Shown: in pieces, positions 16,986-27,394 of the stretch
Position numbering within the stretch: the stretch's first letter is position 1
How the letters are laid out: every line of letters begins with the position of its first letter
IMG/VR virus record: IMGVR_UViG_3300031760_000024
Span: 22,827-86,826 of that record
Source of the DNA: a virus
Lineage: Duplodnaviria; Caudoviricetes
Direction: 5' to 3' (one strand)
DNA: 64,000 nucleotides
Notes under the pieces: model-generated
Database searches by the model: none
What the model was told of the DNA's origin: nothing
Seen by the model: the letters and a program-made list of their open reading frames with translations, nothing else
Translations under genes and position numbers: made by a program

Positions 16986-19100
16986 TTATTCAGAAACATC
17001 GATCTTCCGTTTCACAAGTACATTGATTTCATCACCCGTGTTAAAAGTTTCGACAGATTCACCCTCTGCGATGTTCTCCGCTGAAAGGGAACATACAACA
17101 GGCATCATGTAGAATTTGATCCGATTATCCACATTCGGCGGGAACCACGGACGGATATTTGTGATCTTGTTTCTGTCCCCATCCATCTGGAAAAGCTGAT
17201 TCGTTACACGATATTTTTCACCGAACATAATAACTTCATTCGCACGAACAAACCCATTTGTTTTCAGATTCAGATTTGTCCCGCCCTTCTTAACGATTGC
17301 GAAATTGTTATCCAGATCGACAGCATTCCATGACATTTCTTTGTTATTGATAATAACATTTGTGAAATATGGCGGATAACAAGCGACCATTGCTCCATGA
17401 CATTCGTCAAACTGAATATTATCCATGTTGATGACCAGTTTGTTTCTGTGTTCGATTTCGTTGTTTCCCTTCAAAACATAGTCGATGAAATTGAAACTTT
17501 CGATCACTGGTGAACCGTCAACAATAACCGGAATTGTTCCTGTGGTCTGTGTTCCGTCCGACAGATAATGCTTTACTTTTTCGGTGAACCTGAATTCATT
17601 TCCATATAACGGCGCGGTCATCGTTGTGGGATCAAATTCTTTTCCGTCAACAAAGAACAATGACCATAATGCTACACAACACCCGTCACCGGCTCCAACA
17701 TATCCCGAATGGTCAATGATGTTATGGATGAAATTCGTGTTGCCTTGCATCAGATTGTTTCCGTCTTTGTCCTGTATATATTCTGCATACCACACATCCG
17801 TTGTAACATAATCAACGCCGCCGATTGTCGATTCTGCGTGTACTTTTGTAAATGTATGCGTCAAATATCCACCTTCGTCCATATAGGAACGCACGGCGAA
17901 CTTTTTATCAGTTATCTTGTAAACTACTATTTTATGATCTGTGTTGTTGCTTTCCTTAAAACTTGCTAATGCTCCGTATAATTCGGGATATGAAACATAG
18001 ATGAAATGGTCACGATTTATTGAAAAGTTTGCGACTACATATTCCGTATTACTTGAAGTGTTCTTATATGTGACAAAGCTAACACTTCCGACGCCAGCTT
18101 CCAGACAGGAAAGGAAAACACCATTTTTGTCGGTCTTTGTCAATACAGAAACAATCTGATTTCCGTATAGATACGCGCTAAAAGTTGCCCCCGGTGGTAA
18201 AATTATCGGCTCTGTAATGTGATATGAACTGGATGAAACAACGGTGAGGGAATCTTTTTCAATATATCCTTCTGTATAGCTCAATTCATCCGTGATTTCT
18301 GTCTTTTTCAAAATGACATTATCTTGCACATTATATGCTGACATATCCGCTGTGGCAACGATGGCAGATCCTAAATGCTGAACATAAACAATCAATGTCT
18401 TGAATCCGGAATAATCATTTATGTCGATTATTTTTTCGGATACTCCATCGTATGACTGAAATTCACTGATAGTCGTTCCGACTGCAACATCTGCTACGGC
18501 TTTCGTTGTGTATGCTATACGAAAACGGTTGTTATTATTTGCTACAATATAAGCCCTTGCCCCGTGAATGTCGCTGATGTCAAACAGGGCAAGCCTTGAA
18601 TTTGTATTACTTGTGACAGCAGAACCTGTCATTTCTGCATTGTCAAGATAGACAACTGTCTGTTTATCCCCTATGTTTAATGCGGTTTGTTTCACTGCGT
18701 CTATATTTGTCTGTAATTTTGTATCACACCCCTGTACCATCGCCGCCGGACTACTATACTCTACCCCATCAAATCCTGTTTTGAGCGCTTTTACTTGGCT
18801 GTCGATCGCACGTACTGCATCTCCTGCAGTGTTGTATGTATTCCCCGAAGAGTCTACACGAATGTTGGTTAGTTCGGCATCACCAGTTGTAGAACCCGGT
18901 GTAAGTGCCGTGAAACTATCTATCTGACCCTGTAAAGAATCAAGGTTGTTTTTCAGATCGGTCTGGTTGGAGAGTGTACCTTTAACCTGACCCCACTGTA
19001 CTTTGTCCATGTTATTGATTGCGGTGGCAACACTACCGAGTGCCTGTGCCACGCTTTTACCAGTGTCGTCTAACATGACTGGTTTCGTTACATTACTCAT
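16986..19100 (-). CDS. Tail fibre / spike protein
   Basis: WGQVKGTLSNQTDL and TTGDAELTNIRVDSSGNTYNTAGDAVRA fibre motifs followed by a large beta-rich body. Confidence 0.75.
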   Translation of the reverse strand: MSNVTKPVMLDDTGKSVAQALGSVATAINNMDKVQWGQVKGTLSNQTDLKNNLDSLQGQIDSFTALTPGSTTGDAELTNIRVDSSGNTYNTAGDAVRAIDSQVKALKTGFDGVEYSSPAAMVQGCDTKLQTNIDAVKQTALNIGDKQTVVYLDNAEMTGSAVTSNTNSRLALFDISDIHGARAYIVANNNNRFRIAYTTKAVADVAVGTTISEFQSYDGVSEKIIDINDYSGFKTLIVYVQHLGSAIVATADMSAYNVQDNVILKKTEITDELSYTEGYIEKDSLTVVSSSSYHITEPIILPPGATFSAYLYGNQIVSVLTKTDKNGVFLSCLEAGVGSVSFVTYKNTSSNTEYVVANFSINRDHFIYVSYPELYGALASFKESNNTDHKIVVYKITDKKFAVRSYMDEGGYLTHTFTKVHAESTIGGVDYVTTDVWYAEYIQDKDGNNLMQGNTNFIHNIIDHSGYVGAGDGCCVALWSLFFVDGKEFDPTTMTAPLYGNEFRFTEKVKHYLSDGTQTTGTIPVIVDGSPVIESFNFIDYVLKGNNEIEHRNKLVINMDNIQFDECHGAMVACYPPYFTNVIINNKEMSWNAVDLDNNFAIVKKGGTNLNLKTNGFVRANEVIMFGEKYRVTNQLFQMDGDRNKITNIRPWFPPNVDNRIKFYMMPVVCSLSAENIAEGESVETFNTGDEINVLVKRKIDVSE

Positions 19101-19114
19101 ATTGTGTCACCTCC

Positions 19115-20053
19115 TTATGCAGTATATGTCTGGCAAAGTTTGCCATCGACTACCGAGAAACCAAGAGCGTCAAATGCTGCTCTAAGTGTCGGTTCATCAG
19201 TTACACGAGTATCATTTCCCATAACTACCTGAGTAGTGGATGCATTACCACTGGCAGGAACGTCCTTCACTGCCGCAGTACCAAGTCCAATGTTGGTACG
19301 AGCGTTAGACTTCTCTGTTGATGTAAGCCCCTGTGAAGCTACGGTTGATACTGCCTTAAAGTTACCTACGTTACCAAGACCAACATCTGACTTTGTAACG
19401 TTATGCGGATTACCGCTTGTTAATTGTGAATGGTCATATGCGGTCTTACCACGGTCACCACGGTAAGCAGTAGAAGAGGTCTCACCAAGTGCGAGGCTTT
19501 CGCTAATCTCTGCATACCCTGTACCGCTCCAACGGTATGTCTTGTTAGATACGAGGTCAATGTAGATTTTACCAGTAGCGCCAGTAATCTCTGTGGTATG
19601 TGCCGAATCCTCGTAGAATTTGTTGTTATAATAGTACCCCTCGATTACATCATCCACATAAGACGGGAGTTGTGAACTCGGAACCTTGCCGTTGGAATCC
19701 AGTTCGGCAACACCACCGTTTGCGCCCTTTGCAGTAGTAGCAATAGCACCCACTTCGGATGCGGTATAACTCGGCTTCGTAGATGCCTTTGCCCAAGCAG
19801 ATACATCGTTTGCCTGACGCGCGTCTGTAAGACGGGAGTCATTACCAAGTACCACTTGTGTAGAGCTAGCGTCACCAGTTGATGGGACGTCTTTTGCTGC
19901 GGCTGTGCCAAGAGTTGGTTTGTTTTTTATAAAGTCTTTCTTTGTGTTGTCCGATTCATTCCAGTCAGATTGAGGTATCTGATTGGGGATGTAGTCCTTG
20001 ATTTTGGAGTCATATCTGGACAACCCTGTATAGTCGAGAAACTCTTTCGACAT
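19115..20053 (-). CDS. Fibre protein
   Basis: FLDYTGL N-terminus, QSDWN..FIKNKP, GVAELDSNGKVPSSQLPSYVDDV, AYRGDRGKTAYDHSQ, NPHNVTK. Confidence 0.8.
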   Translation of the reverse strand: MSKEFLDYTGLSRYDSKIKDYIPNQIPQSDWNESDNTKKDFIKNKPTLGTAAAKDVPSTGDASSTQVVLGNDSRLTDARQANDVSAWAKASTKPSYTASEVGAIATTAKGANGGVAELDSNGKVPSSQLPSYVDDVIEGYYYNNKFYEDSAHTTEITGATGKIYIDLVSNKTYRWSGTGYAEISESLALGETSSTAYRGDRGKTAYDHSQLTSGNPHNVTKSDVGLGNVGNFKAVSTVASQGLTSTEKSNARTNIGLGTAAVKDVPASGNASTTQVVMGNDTRVTDEPTLRAAFDALGFSVVDGKLCQTYTA

Positions 20054-20195
20054 GTTATTGCCTCCTTTCAGTTTTTGGAGTGTGTATTTACGTTTGTAGA
20101 TGGTAGTGCATTTATTGTCTTACAAGACCGATTAATCATTTGTGCACGAGGTCTTGTAAAATAACAAATCGCTTACCAACCCAACTACCAATAAT

Positions 20196-20227
20196 AGGAG
20201 AGGGCGGTGATCAACCAACCCTCTCCT
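20196..20227. terminator. Stem-loop, probable terminator
   Basis: AGGAGAGGG/CCCTCTCCT stem downstream of 20262-21662. Confidence 0.55.
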
Positions 20228-20261
20228 GAATAGTGTTTATGAATAAGTAAATGTTTTTATC

Positions 20262-21662
20262 TTACGAAAACAGCGCCTCTATGGAAGCCTGTGGAATTTC
20301 CGATAAATCTCCCGGTTGCAAAGCTGTGTCGGCTAATGCTCCCTGAGCACTTGTCGCATACGCAGTAGAAGCTGTATACGCCGCACTACCAAGACCGTGT
20401 ACAGCAACGTCTGTACCATTAACGGCTACAGTACCGTTCGTAGCACCTTCAGCAACAGTTACATTAACTGCCTTGTTTACATCCGGTGTAAGAGCAGAGC
20501 CATTAACCTTAACAGTCTCAATGGTGTTAACCTGAGCGCCATCAGCAACATTAAGTGCCGTTCTGAGTTCAGAAGCCGTAATATTATCCTGAAGATCAAC
20601 GCCAGCAATAGTAGTAGTCTTCTTTACGAATTCTGCCTCATCGCCAACTTCACTCCAAGTAGTACCATCATAAATATATTCCTTGGCATTGTCAGACATG
20701 ACCACAACATCGCCAGCTTCAGGATCAGTAATTACACGAGCAATAGCCTGTGCATCAGTTTCACCAGTCTGACGAGTAATAACACCGCGGAAGTGCATAG
20801 CGCCTTCAAGACCAGCGATTTCAGTAGCTACGAATGCAGATACCTGAGCAGCGGTTACAAGGCTATCGTCAGAAGACTGCTCTGTAATAGCAGAAGTAGC
20901 GACGTCAGCATATGCAGCTGTACCAAGAGAATCCTCAACCGCATCTACCTGCTCATCCACATACCCAATTACGTCAGTTGCGGAAGAACCCTGAGGAATG
21001 GAACCGATGAAGTCAGCGATGGTGTAAGTTCTGTCGAAGCCAGCTGTGGCACCGATAGCATCTTCTACGTCATCAATGGAAACGCCGCTAGTAGACACCT
21101 CATAATCGTCACTGGTATTAATTAACAACACACCAACACCAGTGCCGACATAACTATGTAAATATCCATGTAAGAACTGACCTTCTGCTGGCACTTCAGG
21201 CCCAGGACTAACTGTACCATCATCGTTAGTAACAGCGACATGACCACTGTGCCACTCTTCTCCACCTCTCGGCATATAATCATCAGCCGCATCCGCAATA
21301 GCTTCGCCAATATAATCAACAACCGTCGTAGACTCAGCACCTTGTGGAATGGAACCTACAAATGCGTTGGTTGCGAGATCGGAGATAGCCGTACCGCTTT
21401 CGGATACCTCACCAGTAGCTGTAGAGGTTACGATCTTACCGCCTGTTGCGGAAGCAATTTTGGACATGAGCGAGGAGGTATCCGGCATATTCACGGTATA
21501 AGCAGCTGTTCCAGTCGCATCAGCCGTACGGTAGAACGATACGGTATTACCAGACACACTAATTGACTTGATAGAAGAGGCATTTTCCTCGCCAATGTAC
21601 TGCTTAATTAATCCGTCATAAACCTGAAGCCCGGAAATATCAAGATATTGTTTTGTTGCCAT
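20262..21662 (-). CDS. Fibre protein (head/tail fibre type)
   Basis: YLDISGL N-terminus, GAMHFRG, EYIYDG..WSEVG, GAQVNTIETVKVNG, LGSAAYTASTAYAT; C-terminal IEALFS. Confidence 0.8.
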   Translation of the reverse strand: MATKQYLDISGLQVYDGLIKQYIGEENASSIKSISVSGNTVSFYRTADATGTAAYTVNMPDTSSLMSKIASATGGKIVTSTATGEVSESGTAISDLATNAFVGSIPQGAESTTVVDYIGEAIADAADDYMPRGGEEWHSGHVAVTNDDGTVSPGPEVPAEGQFLHGYLHSYVGTGVGVLLINTSDDYEVSTSGVSIDDVEDAIGATAGFDRTYTIADFIGSIPQGSSATDVIGYVDEQVDAVEDSLGTAAYADVATSAITEQSSDDSLVTAAQVSAFVATEIAGLEGAMHFRGVITRQTGETDAQAIARVITDPEAGDVVVMSDNAKEYIYDGTTWSEVGDEAEFVKKTTTIAGVDLQDNITASELRTALNVADGAQVNTIETVKVNGSALTPDVNKAVNVTVAEGATNGTVAVNGTDVAVHGLGSAAYTASTAYATSAQGALADTALQPGDLSEIPQASIEALFS

Positions 21663-21777
21663 AGTTTATATTTCTCCTTTCGAAAGAATAAATATTTTCC
21701 ACATTTTAATCCTATCAAAAATGTGTTTTATTATGTGAATAGTTACTATCTATAATCACGCACATGCGTAACTATCA

Positions 21778-23325
21778 TTACGAAGCGCTAAACAGCGCAT
21801 CAATTTGGGCATTGCTAATACTGCCCGTCATTTCACCTACGTACGCTACAACGTTACTGGATGACGCACCTGATGGGATAGTGCCGACATAAGCCTTGGT
21901 TGCAAGATCATTAATGGTGTATCCTGTTGCCGCTAGTCCATTATCATCATTACCAACAGCGACTATCCGCCCAATTTTGTCACCATCATAGAAATACCCT
22001 GTGACTACATTTTCAGCCACGATGTCTGTCTCGGAAACAGTGCCATCCGAATTCGTTACAGCAACTCTATAACCATCCCAAGAGTTACCTAATGGCATAT
22101 AAACGTTACTAAAGCCATCGATTGTATCATTAATTGCATCAATAGCATCAGCAATTGTATTATCTCCGTCAAATCCATCAGTAGCAGCTACAGAGTCTAC
22201 AACACTTTCGTAGAATAAACCATTACCAAATCCAATAGTAGAACCGTCTGGACTTATAATGGGAATATACCCAGTCGTGTTAGTATCAAACGATATAAAA
22301 TCTCCGGTGGCATCATCAATTGCCTCGCTAATGTAATCAACTACATTAGTGGACGTAGCACCAGACGGGATACTTCCAACAAATGTATTAGTTGCAAGAT
22401 CAGAAATCGCAGTACTGGACTCGGCTACTTCACCACCAGAAGTAGTAGTAGCAATCTTTCCGCCAGTAGCATTGCTAATAACGTCGATCTTATCATCAAG
22501 AGCATCAGCAACCGTATGTTGATCGCTGAAACCATGAAGAGCTGCTACGGCATCTTCAATGGCACCCAGACCAGTTTCTCCCATATATACAGTACCATCA
22601 GAAGAAGTACCTACAATATATCCAGTTAACCAGTTAGTCCCTTTTGGCATTAAATCATCAATAGCATCTGACAAACCATCAATGGTACCAGCAATAGTAT
22701 TGTCTCCATCGAATCCAGTAGTTGCGGCTACCGCATCTTCAAATTCTCCGTATCCAATAGAAGTTGGCGCAATTCTGTGATTTTCTGCGTCCCAATATAA
22801 AACACTGTATCCTGTAATATTAGGATCAATATCAGCCTTATCTTCAATGGCTTCACTAATATAATCTACTACCGTCGTAGACGATGCTCCCGCTGGGATG
22901 CTGCCTACATAAGCATTAGTAGCAAGAGCAGAAATTGCAGTATCAGTTTCAGTAACTCCACCATTGATATTAGAAATAACAAGCTTTCCTCCGACTGGCT
23001 GAATTATTTTGTCCATTCTTGCATTAATGTTTCCCATCAGTGCATCAATGGTATATCCAGTTTCCGATACATCCCCAGAAGAAGTGGACTCAACTAAATA
23101 TCCACCATCTGCATATTCAATCTTTGGAATCAGCCCACTGGTATCCGGCAGAGTTATGGTATATGCGACTGTGCCAGTAGCATCCGTACTACGATAGAAG
23201 TTGACCGTATTACCGCTAATCGACATACTACGAATTGACTTTGCATCCTCTGTACCGATGTACTGTGTCATAAGGTCTTTGAAGGTTGATAAGCCCGTAA
23301 GGTCTAAAAATTGTTTTTGTGCCAT
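21778..23325 (-). CDS. Repetitive fibre protein, paralogue of 20262-21662
   Basis: Start at ATG 23325 with AGGAGG RBS; FLDLTGL N-terminus; internal GSIP.GA.S..VVDYI repeats; C-terminal IDALFS. Confidence 0.8.
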   Translation of the reverse strand: MAQKQFLDLTGLSTFKDLMTQYIGTEDAKSIRSMSISGNTVNFYRSTDATGTVAYTITLPDTSGLIPKIEYADGGYLVESTSSGDVSETGYTIDALMGNINARMDKIIQPVGGKLVISNINGGVTETDTAISALATNAYVGSIPAGASSTTVVDYISEAIEDKADIDPNITGYSVLYWDAENHRIAPTSIGYGEFEDAVAATTGFDGDNTIAGTIDGLSDAIDDLMPKGTNWLTGYIVGTSSDGTVYMGETGLGAIEDAVAALHGFSDQHTVADALDDKIDVISNATGGKIATTTSGGEVAESSTAISDLATNTFVGSIPSGATSTNVVDYISEAIDDATGDFISFDTNTTGYIPIISPDGSTIGFGNGLFYESVVDSVAATDGFDGDNTIADAIDAINDTIDGFSNVYMPLGNSWDGYRVAVTNSDGTVSETDIVAENVVTGYFYDGDKIGRIVAVGNDDNGLAATGYTINDLATKAYVGTIPSGASSSNVVAYVGEMTGSISNAQIDALFSAS

Positions 23326-23339
23326 ATCACACCTCCTCA

Positions 23340-23942
23340 CTATGCTTCTTCTTCATCGAAGAGTTCTTCAATGTCTTCTTCGGGGATCCCACCAATATTA
23401 GCCTCAATGTAAAAATTTACGAGGGGTTCGACAACGGGGGCAACTAACTCTTCAATTTCATCTTCGAGCTGTTCTTTCAGAATCTCAAACTTGTAGTCAA
23501 TGTACGCTTGATCCGCATAACCCTGTGCCTGAATCCACTCTTTGGTAGCAACTGTCTCACGAGTAACAGAGAGGTCTTCCTCAACAGTAGCGTCTTCGAT
23601 AGTATCAGCAGTAATTCGCTTTACTTTCTTCTTACCGTCAATGGTTTGTACTACGCACAGAATGTTTGACATACTGTAATACGTAGTCTCATCATCGGCG
23701 GTAATCTTATGTTGTCCACTTATCTCATACAATCCATCATCAAGAGATGAAAGAATAATCTGATTTTCATTTGTACCAACAAATGTCGGTATACCGATAA
23801 TCTCTAGCTCATTATTCTTATTGATAAAGCCATACTGACTACGATCCACAATCCAACAGTAAGCGGGATATTTGATTCTGCCATCAGCAATAGCTTTAAT
23901 GGTATTCTCATAATTACCATGTGTAAAAATAGGAGTCAGCAA
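23340..23942 (-). CDS. Fibre adaptor-like hypothetical protein
   Basis: 200-aa ORF; C-terminal IPEEDIEELF resembles the ends of the two downstream fibre genes. Confidence 0.65.
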   Translation of the reverse strand: MLTPIFTHGNYENTIKAIADGRIKYPAYCWIVDRSQYGFINKNNELEIIGIPTFVGTNENQIILSSLDDGLYEISGQHKITADDETTYYSMSNILCVVQTIDGKKKVKRITADTIEDATVEEDLSVTRETVATKEWIQAQGYADQAYIDYKFEILKEQLEDEIEELVAPVVEPLVNFYIEANIGGIPEEDIEELFDEEEA

Positions 23943-23961
23943 TTTTACAAAACCCCCTTTC

Positions 23962-24609
23962 TTAAACTTCTATAAAGTTGCCTTGTTGTGGTTCAGGTTC
24001 CGGTTGAACATCATCCAGATCAAAAATACCGTCCTTACTCGAATCCAACTCTTCAAATTGTGTTGGCATCAGAATCTCAACGCCCTCACCAATCTTTGTA
24101 CCATCATGTACCATGTGCAGATTCTCATTCTCACCAATCTCAAGGTCGGTCGGCATCTCTGCTTTCAGTTTAGCCAGCTCTGCCTTATATGCCTCAATAT
24201 CCTCGGAGTTAACGAAGTCGTTAAATCCATCAGGCTTATTGATACGGAGAGTAGTAGAGTTAGTCTCCAACTTAAGAACTTCCGGTTCCTCAGGGTCATC
24301 ACTGAAATCAATAAATGTAAGACGAAGCGTGATAGCTCCGGCAACACTTGTCAGCTGTGTATCAACTGGCAGTACATACCTGAGATAGTTTTTGTACATT
24401 TCTTCATCGCATGCCAATACTTCCGAATGAAAGTTCCCATTCGGGTCAACATACTTGAGTACAGCATTGAAATCTGCAATGTTAGGAATCTCGTCGTATT
24501 CAGGCGGTACTAAAAACTGTATTTTGTCCACCAAGGATTCCTTTTGGAAAATAGTTGTACGAACCGTAGTATTCAGGTTCTTATACTTATCCATTACTAT
24601 GGTATACAT
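23962..24609 (-). CDS. BppU-like baseplate/fibre-attachment protein
   Basis: IFQKESLVDKIQFLVP, LKYVDPNG, YVLPVDTQLTSVAG resemble the BppU N-terminal domain. Confidence 0.6.
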   Translation of the reverse strand: MYTIVMDKYKNLNTTVRTTIFQKESLVDKIQFLVPPEYDEIPNIADFNAVLKYVDPNGNFHSEVLACDEEMYKNYLRYVLPVDTQLTSVAGAITLRLTFIDFSDDPEEPEVLKLETNSTTLRINKPDGFNDFVNSEDIEAYKAELAKLKAEMPTDLEIGENENLHMVHDGTKIGEGVEILMPTQFEELDSSKDGIFDLDDVQPEPEPQQGNFIEV

Positions 24610-24640
24610 TCCTGTTTTCTCCTCCTTTCGTTTCTATTCA

Positions 24641-24670
24641 AAAAGGAGAGAGGAACGTATACCTCTCTCC
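24641..24670 (-). terminator. Intrinsic terminator
   Basis: GGAGAGAGG/CCTCTCTCC stem with a U-tract on the - strand. Confidence 0.65.
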
Positions 24671-24681
24671 GTTATAATTAT

Positions 24682-25833
24682 TTACTCGCCTTCCTGTGAA
24701 AATTCACTATTAGAAGAAGAGCTGTTTGTTGTTGGCTTAGTGTATCGGATGGTTAGATGTCCACTTGTCACATTCCAACTTGACGTGCCTGTGAATATTA
24801 GATTTTGGTTTGAATCTACTTTTATTCTCACAGATGGGTCAGGCAAAGCATACATTGTATTACTCTCCACCATGTATCCGTTATAATCAATCAGCAAGTT
24901 AATACTTGTAGATGATTCGATAGTATGGTCTGACCATGAGCCAACAGAGAATGAACCGAGATCAATAGTCCTTTCGTATACATCGCTTCCATCAATCCAT
25001 GTACCGACTCTGCGTTCTGTAATAGAATATGTAGGCGCCATATACGCCGTCACATCATCTATAATAGGAGTATATGTTTCTCCCCACAGCAACGCTCCAT
25101 TTGACGGTGGAACAGTGGCAGCGTTTTGATGGTACTGGATACCACTTAAGCATACCCACTTACCAGTATATGAATCAGGACTATCAGAAACCCAACACAC
25201 ATTCGTGCCAGCAGGATATAATACTCCAGTGGGACCTATAAAGCCACTTGTAGTAATAAATGGCTCATTGATGCGATATGTTGATCCTGCTGGAATAGGG
25301 TCTTGTTCTGTTGAAACTGGTAACTGATTAATTGATGTGGATTGCATCCATATCATTCCATGAGAACCATCATATTGACCAGCATCAATCCATGCTTTCA
25401 TTCTATAATAATAATCCTCTGCTGCATCCGAACGTGTTATCATATCATCCCACATAGAAGATTCATCACCGCTCGGAAGAGTATCATCAGTAACAGCAGC
25501 GCCCTCAATAATGATTGTACCTTTAATCGTACTGATGGTAACATCATCTTTATTCAACACAATCTGATAGTTAGATTTGCCGGGGTATGCTGTCATCTCT
25601 GCCGTTACTATAAACGTAACAGTGCTACCATCGATAGTACACGGCTGATCCACATAATGACCGTCAGGCTTTAACATTGTAAAGGTAGCGCTTACACCAG
25701 TAAGCTCCATCGGTTCATCATCATCTGTAATAGTAATCTCAACCGTACGACCTACATCATACTGATTTGCAAACACATATTCATAGGAGTGATTATTCAT
25801 AATATCCAACGAAAGTTTCTGTAAGTTCTCCAA
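24682..25833 (-). CDS. BppU-family upper baseplate protein with C-terminal fibre domain
   Basis: ANQYDVGRTVEITI, ATFTMLKPDG; C-terminal ERRVGTWIDGSDVYERTI. Confidence 0.7.
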   Translation of the reverse strand: MENLQKLSLDIMNNHSYEYVFANQYDVGRTVEITITDDDEPMELTGVSATFTMLKPDGHYVDQPCTIDGSTVTFIVTAEMTAYPGKSNYQIVLNKDDVTISTIKGTIIIEGAAVTDDTLPSGDESSMWDDMITRSDAAEDYYYRMKAWIDAGQYDGSHGMIWMQSTSINQLPVSTEQDPIPAGSTYRINEPFITTSGFIGPTGVLYPAGTNVCWVSDSPDSYTGKWVCLSGIQYHQNAATVPPSNGALLWGETYTPIIDDVTAYMAPTYSITERRVGTWIDGSDVYERTIDLGSFSVGSWSDHTIESSTSINLLIDYNGYMVESNTMYALPDPSVRIKVDSNQNLIFTGTSSWNVTSGHLTIRYTKPTTNSSSSNSEFSQEGE

Positions 25834-25846
25834 TTAATCACCTCCT

Positions 25847-26470
25847 TTATATTGTATAAGGAACCCAAATCTGGATTGTGGTTACCTTGTTATGTGTAGA
25901 GTCACCGAATGCGGTTTCTATCTTTGAAGATGGGATACCACACAGATAGATTTCACCACGATGCTCCCCATTTGGATGCATAATACAATTAAGCCCATAA
26001 AAATATCCAGCAAACTCCACTATTTCACATCCATAGATTGAAGCACCAGACGGTATCTTGGCAACTGTACGTCCCTGTGAATCAATATTATCGTCATATA
26101 CTTTTGCAAAGAATGCCTTGCCATCATTGTTAATTGATAACCCGTTGGAATATGTCTTCTTCAACTTCCAAATATATATTGTCGGTTGCTTACCGTTCAG
26201 CTGTGTCTGTATATTACCAGTGATTCCGTTGAGTTGATGCAACTCATCAAGTGATATTTGCGAGTCAGTAGTTATATCTCCGTTACTATCCGACACCATA
26301 ACACGCTCATGCACTTCCGCAGTCTTATCGAGTTTGTCGGCCATCTCATCCTCCACATCCAGCAGGTGATTTGCAAGCGTAGTTTGTGTATCTACATACA
26401 CGGCATCCGACGTTGTGCGAGGATAGATTTTATTCTTTAACCTATCTCGTAATGCTACTATATATGCCAT
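25847..26470 (-). CDS. Fibre-associated protein
   Basis: IYPRTTSDAVYV and ELHQLNGITGNIQTQLNGKQ fibre motifs. Confidence 0.7.
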   Translation of the reverse strand: MAYIVALRDRLKNKIYPRTTSDAVYVDTQTTLANHLLDVEDEMADKLDKTAEVHERVMVSDSNGDITTDSQISLDELHQLNGITGNIQTQLNGKQPTIYIWKLKKTYSNGLSINNDGKAFFAKVYDDNIDSQGRTVAKIPSGASIYGCEIVEFAGYFYGLNCIMHPNGEHRGEIYLCGIPSSKIETAFGDSTHNKVTTIQIWVPYTI

Positions 26471-26482
26471 TCACATCACCTC

Positions 26483-27004
26483 CTACGAAAGATCCCATGA
26501 AAAGGTTTTTGTAAATGAGGCGCCGGACGCAACAACAATCGGTTCATCTAGTTTATGCTTAATAAGCATAACGTTGGTATATTCGTCGCTGTTTGCATTT
26601 TTCCACACCTTTTTTGCAATACAAATCTGTCTGATTGTCTGCTCATAAGGGTTGACGCAAGTTCCACTAATCGTAACCGTCAACGTCGCTTTTCCATCTT
26701 CGGCGCCCGAAGTAAATGTGGTCGTCAGATTGAACGAGTTTGTGATGTTACTTGTTACGCTATAATCAGACGCAGCGGGATCGCCTTCGTCACTTGTCAA
26801 AATAACCGAAACTTCTTTCCACGCGACAAGATTGTTCGCAACTCTTGGATTGTCAGTCAGTGAGCCGTAACAACCATACTGCCAGTTCACGCTCGATCCG
26901 CTTGTATCTTTCAAGCCAATATCCGCAAACGCAGTTTCATCGCCTATTTTATAGTTATACCGTGGGACATTCCCGATAAAATTATAATAATTATTTAATA
27001 TCAT
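26483..27004 (-). CDS. Hypothetical tail/baseplate protein
   Basis: 173-aa ORF with GGAGG RBS inside the tail operon. Confidence 0.65.
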   Translation of the reverse strand: MILNNYYNFIGNVPRYNYKIGDETAFADIGLKDTSGSSVNWQYGCYGSLTDNPRVANNLVAWKEVSVILTSDEGDPAASDYSVTSNITNSFNLTTTFTSGAEDGKATLTVTISGTCVNPYEQTIRQICIAKKVWKNANSDEYTNVMLIKHKLDEPIVVASGASFTKTFSWDLS

Positions 27005-27017
27005 TTTTATCTACCTC

Positions 27018-27392
27018 CTATGCACTTGGCTCAGTTACAGTAATTGTACTAGTGACCAACTCACGATCCGTAATTACATACTCGTGAAAATAGTTACCGC
27101 CATGTATATTACTCAGGATTTCAGCTATATTAGTTTCAACCCAATTATTTGGTTGCCAAGTACCAGTAGAGCCATTTGTATTACATACATATAATTTTTT
27201 ATTATGTCTTCTTATAAATCCCTTATCACACTCTTCATCGGGATCATATTCAGGAGCAATCATAAACGAGCAATCAAACCCTACTTGATCTGCGGCCACT
27301 TTCTTTGTCCCGTTTGTCGCGCTATCGATTGCTATATAATCCGAAGACGATGCAGAGGAGGCGGATGTTAAATCTTTAATTCGTTTGCCCAT
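27018..27392 (-). CDS. Small tail protein with carbohydrate-binding-like module
   Basis: RIKDL..D..IAID...TKKV N-terminus; YDPDEEC.KG..RRHNKKLYVC..W...W. Confidence 0.6.
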   Translation of the reverse strand: MGKRIKDLTSASSASSSDYIAIDSATNGTKKVAADQVGFDCSFMIAPEYDPDEECDKGFIRRHNKKLYVCNTNGSTGTWQPNNWVETNIAEILSNIHGGNYFHEYVITDRELVTSTITVTEPSA

Positions 27393-27394
27393 TT

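Noticed and set aside
20397-21125. 242-aa + strand ORF, and other long antisense ORFs such as 23983-24513, 33954-34532 and 39317-39739
   Set aside because: They lie opposite well-supported genes, lack RBSs and read as codon-bias shadows.
13006-27392. Diversity-generating retroelement or invertible shufflon in the fibre array
   Set aside because: No reverse transcriptase, no template/variable repeat pair differing only at adenines, and no inverted cassettes; all fibre genes are co-oriented.
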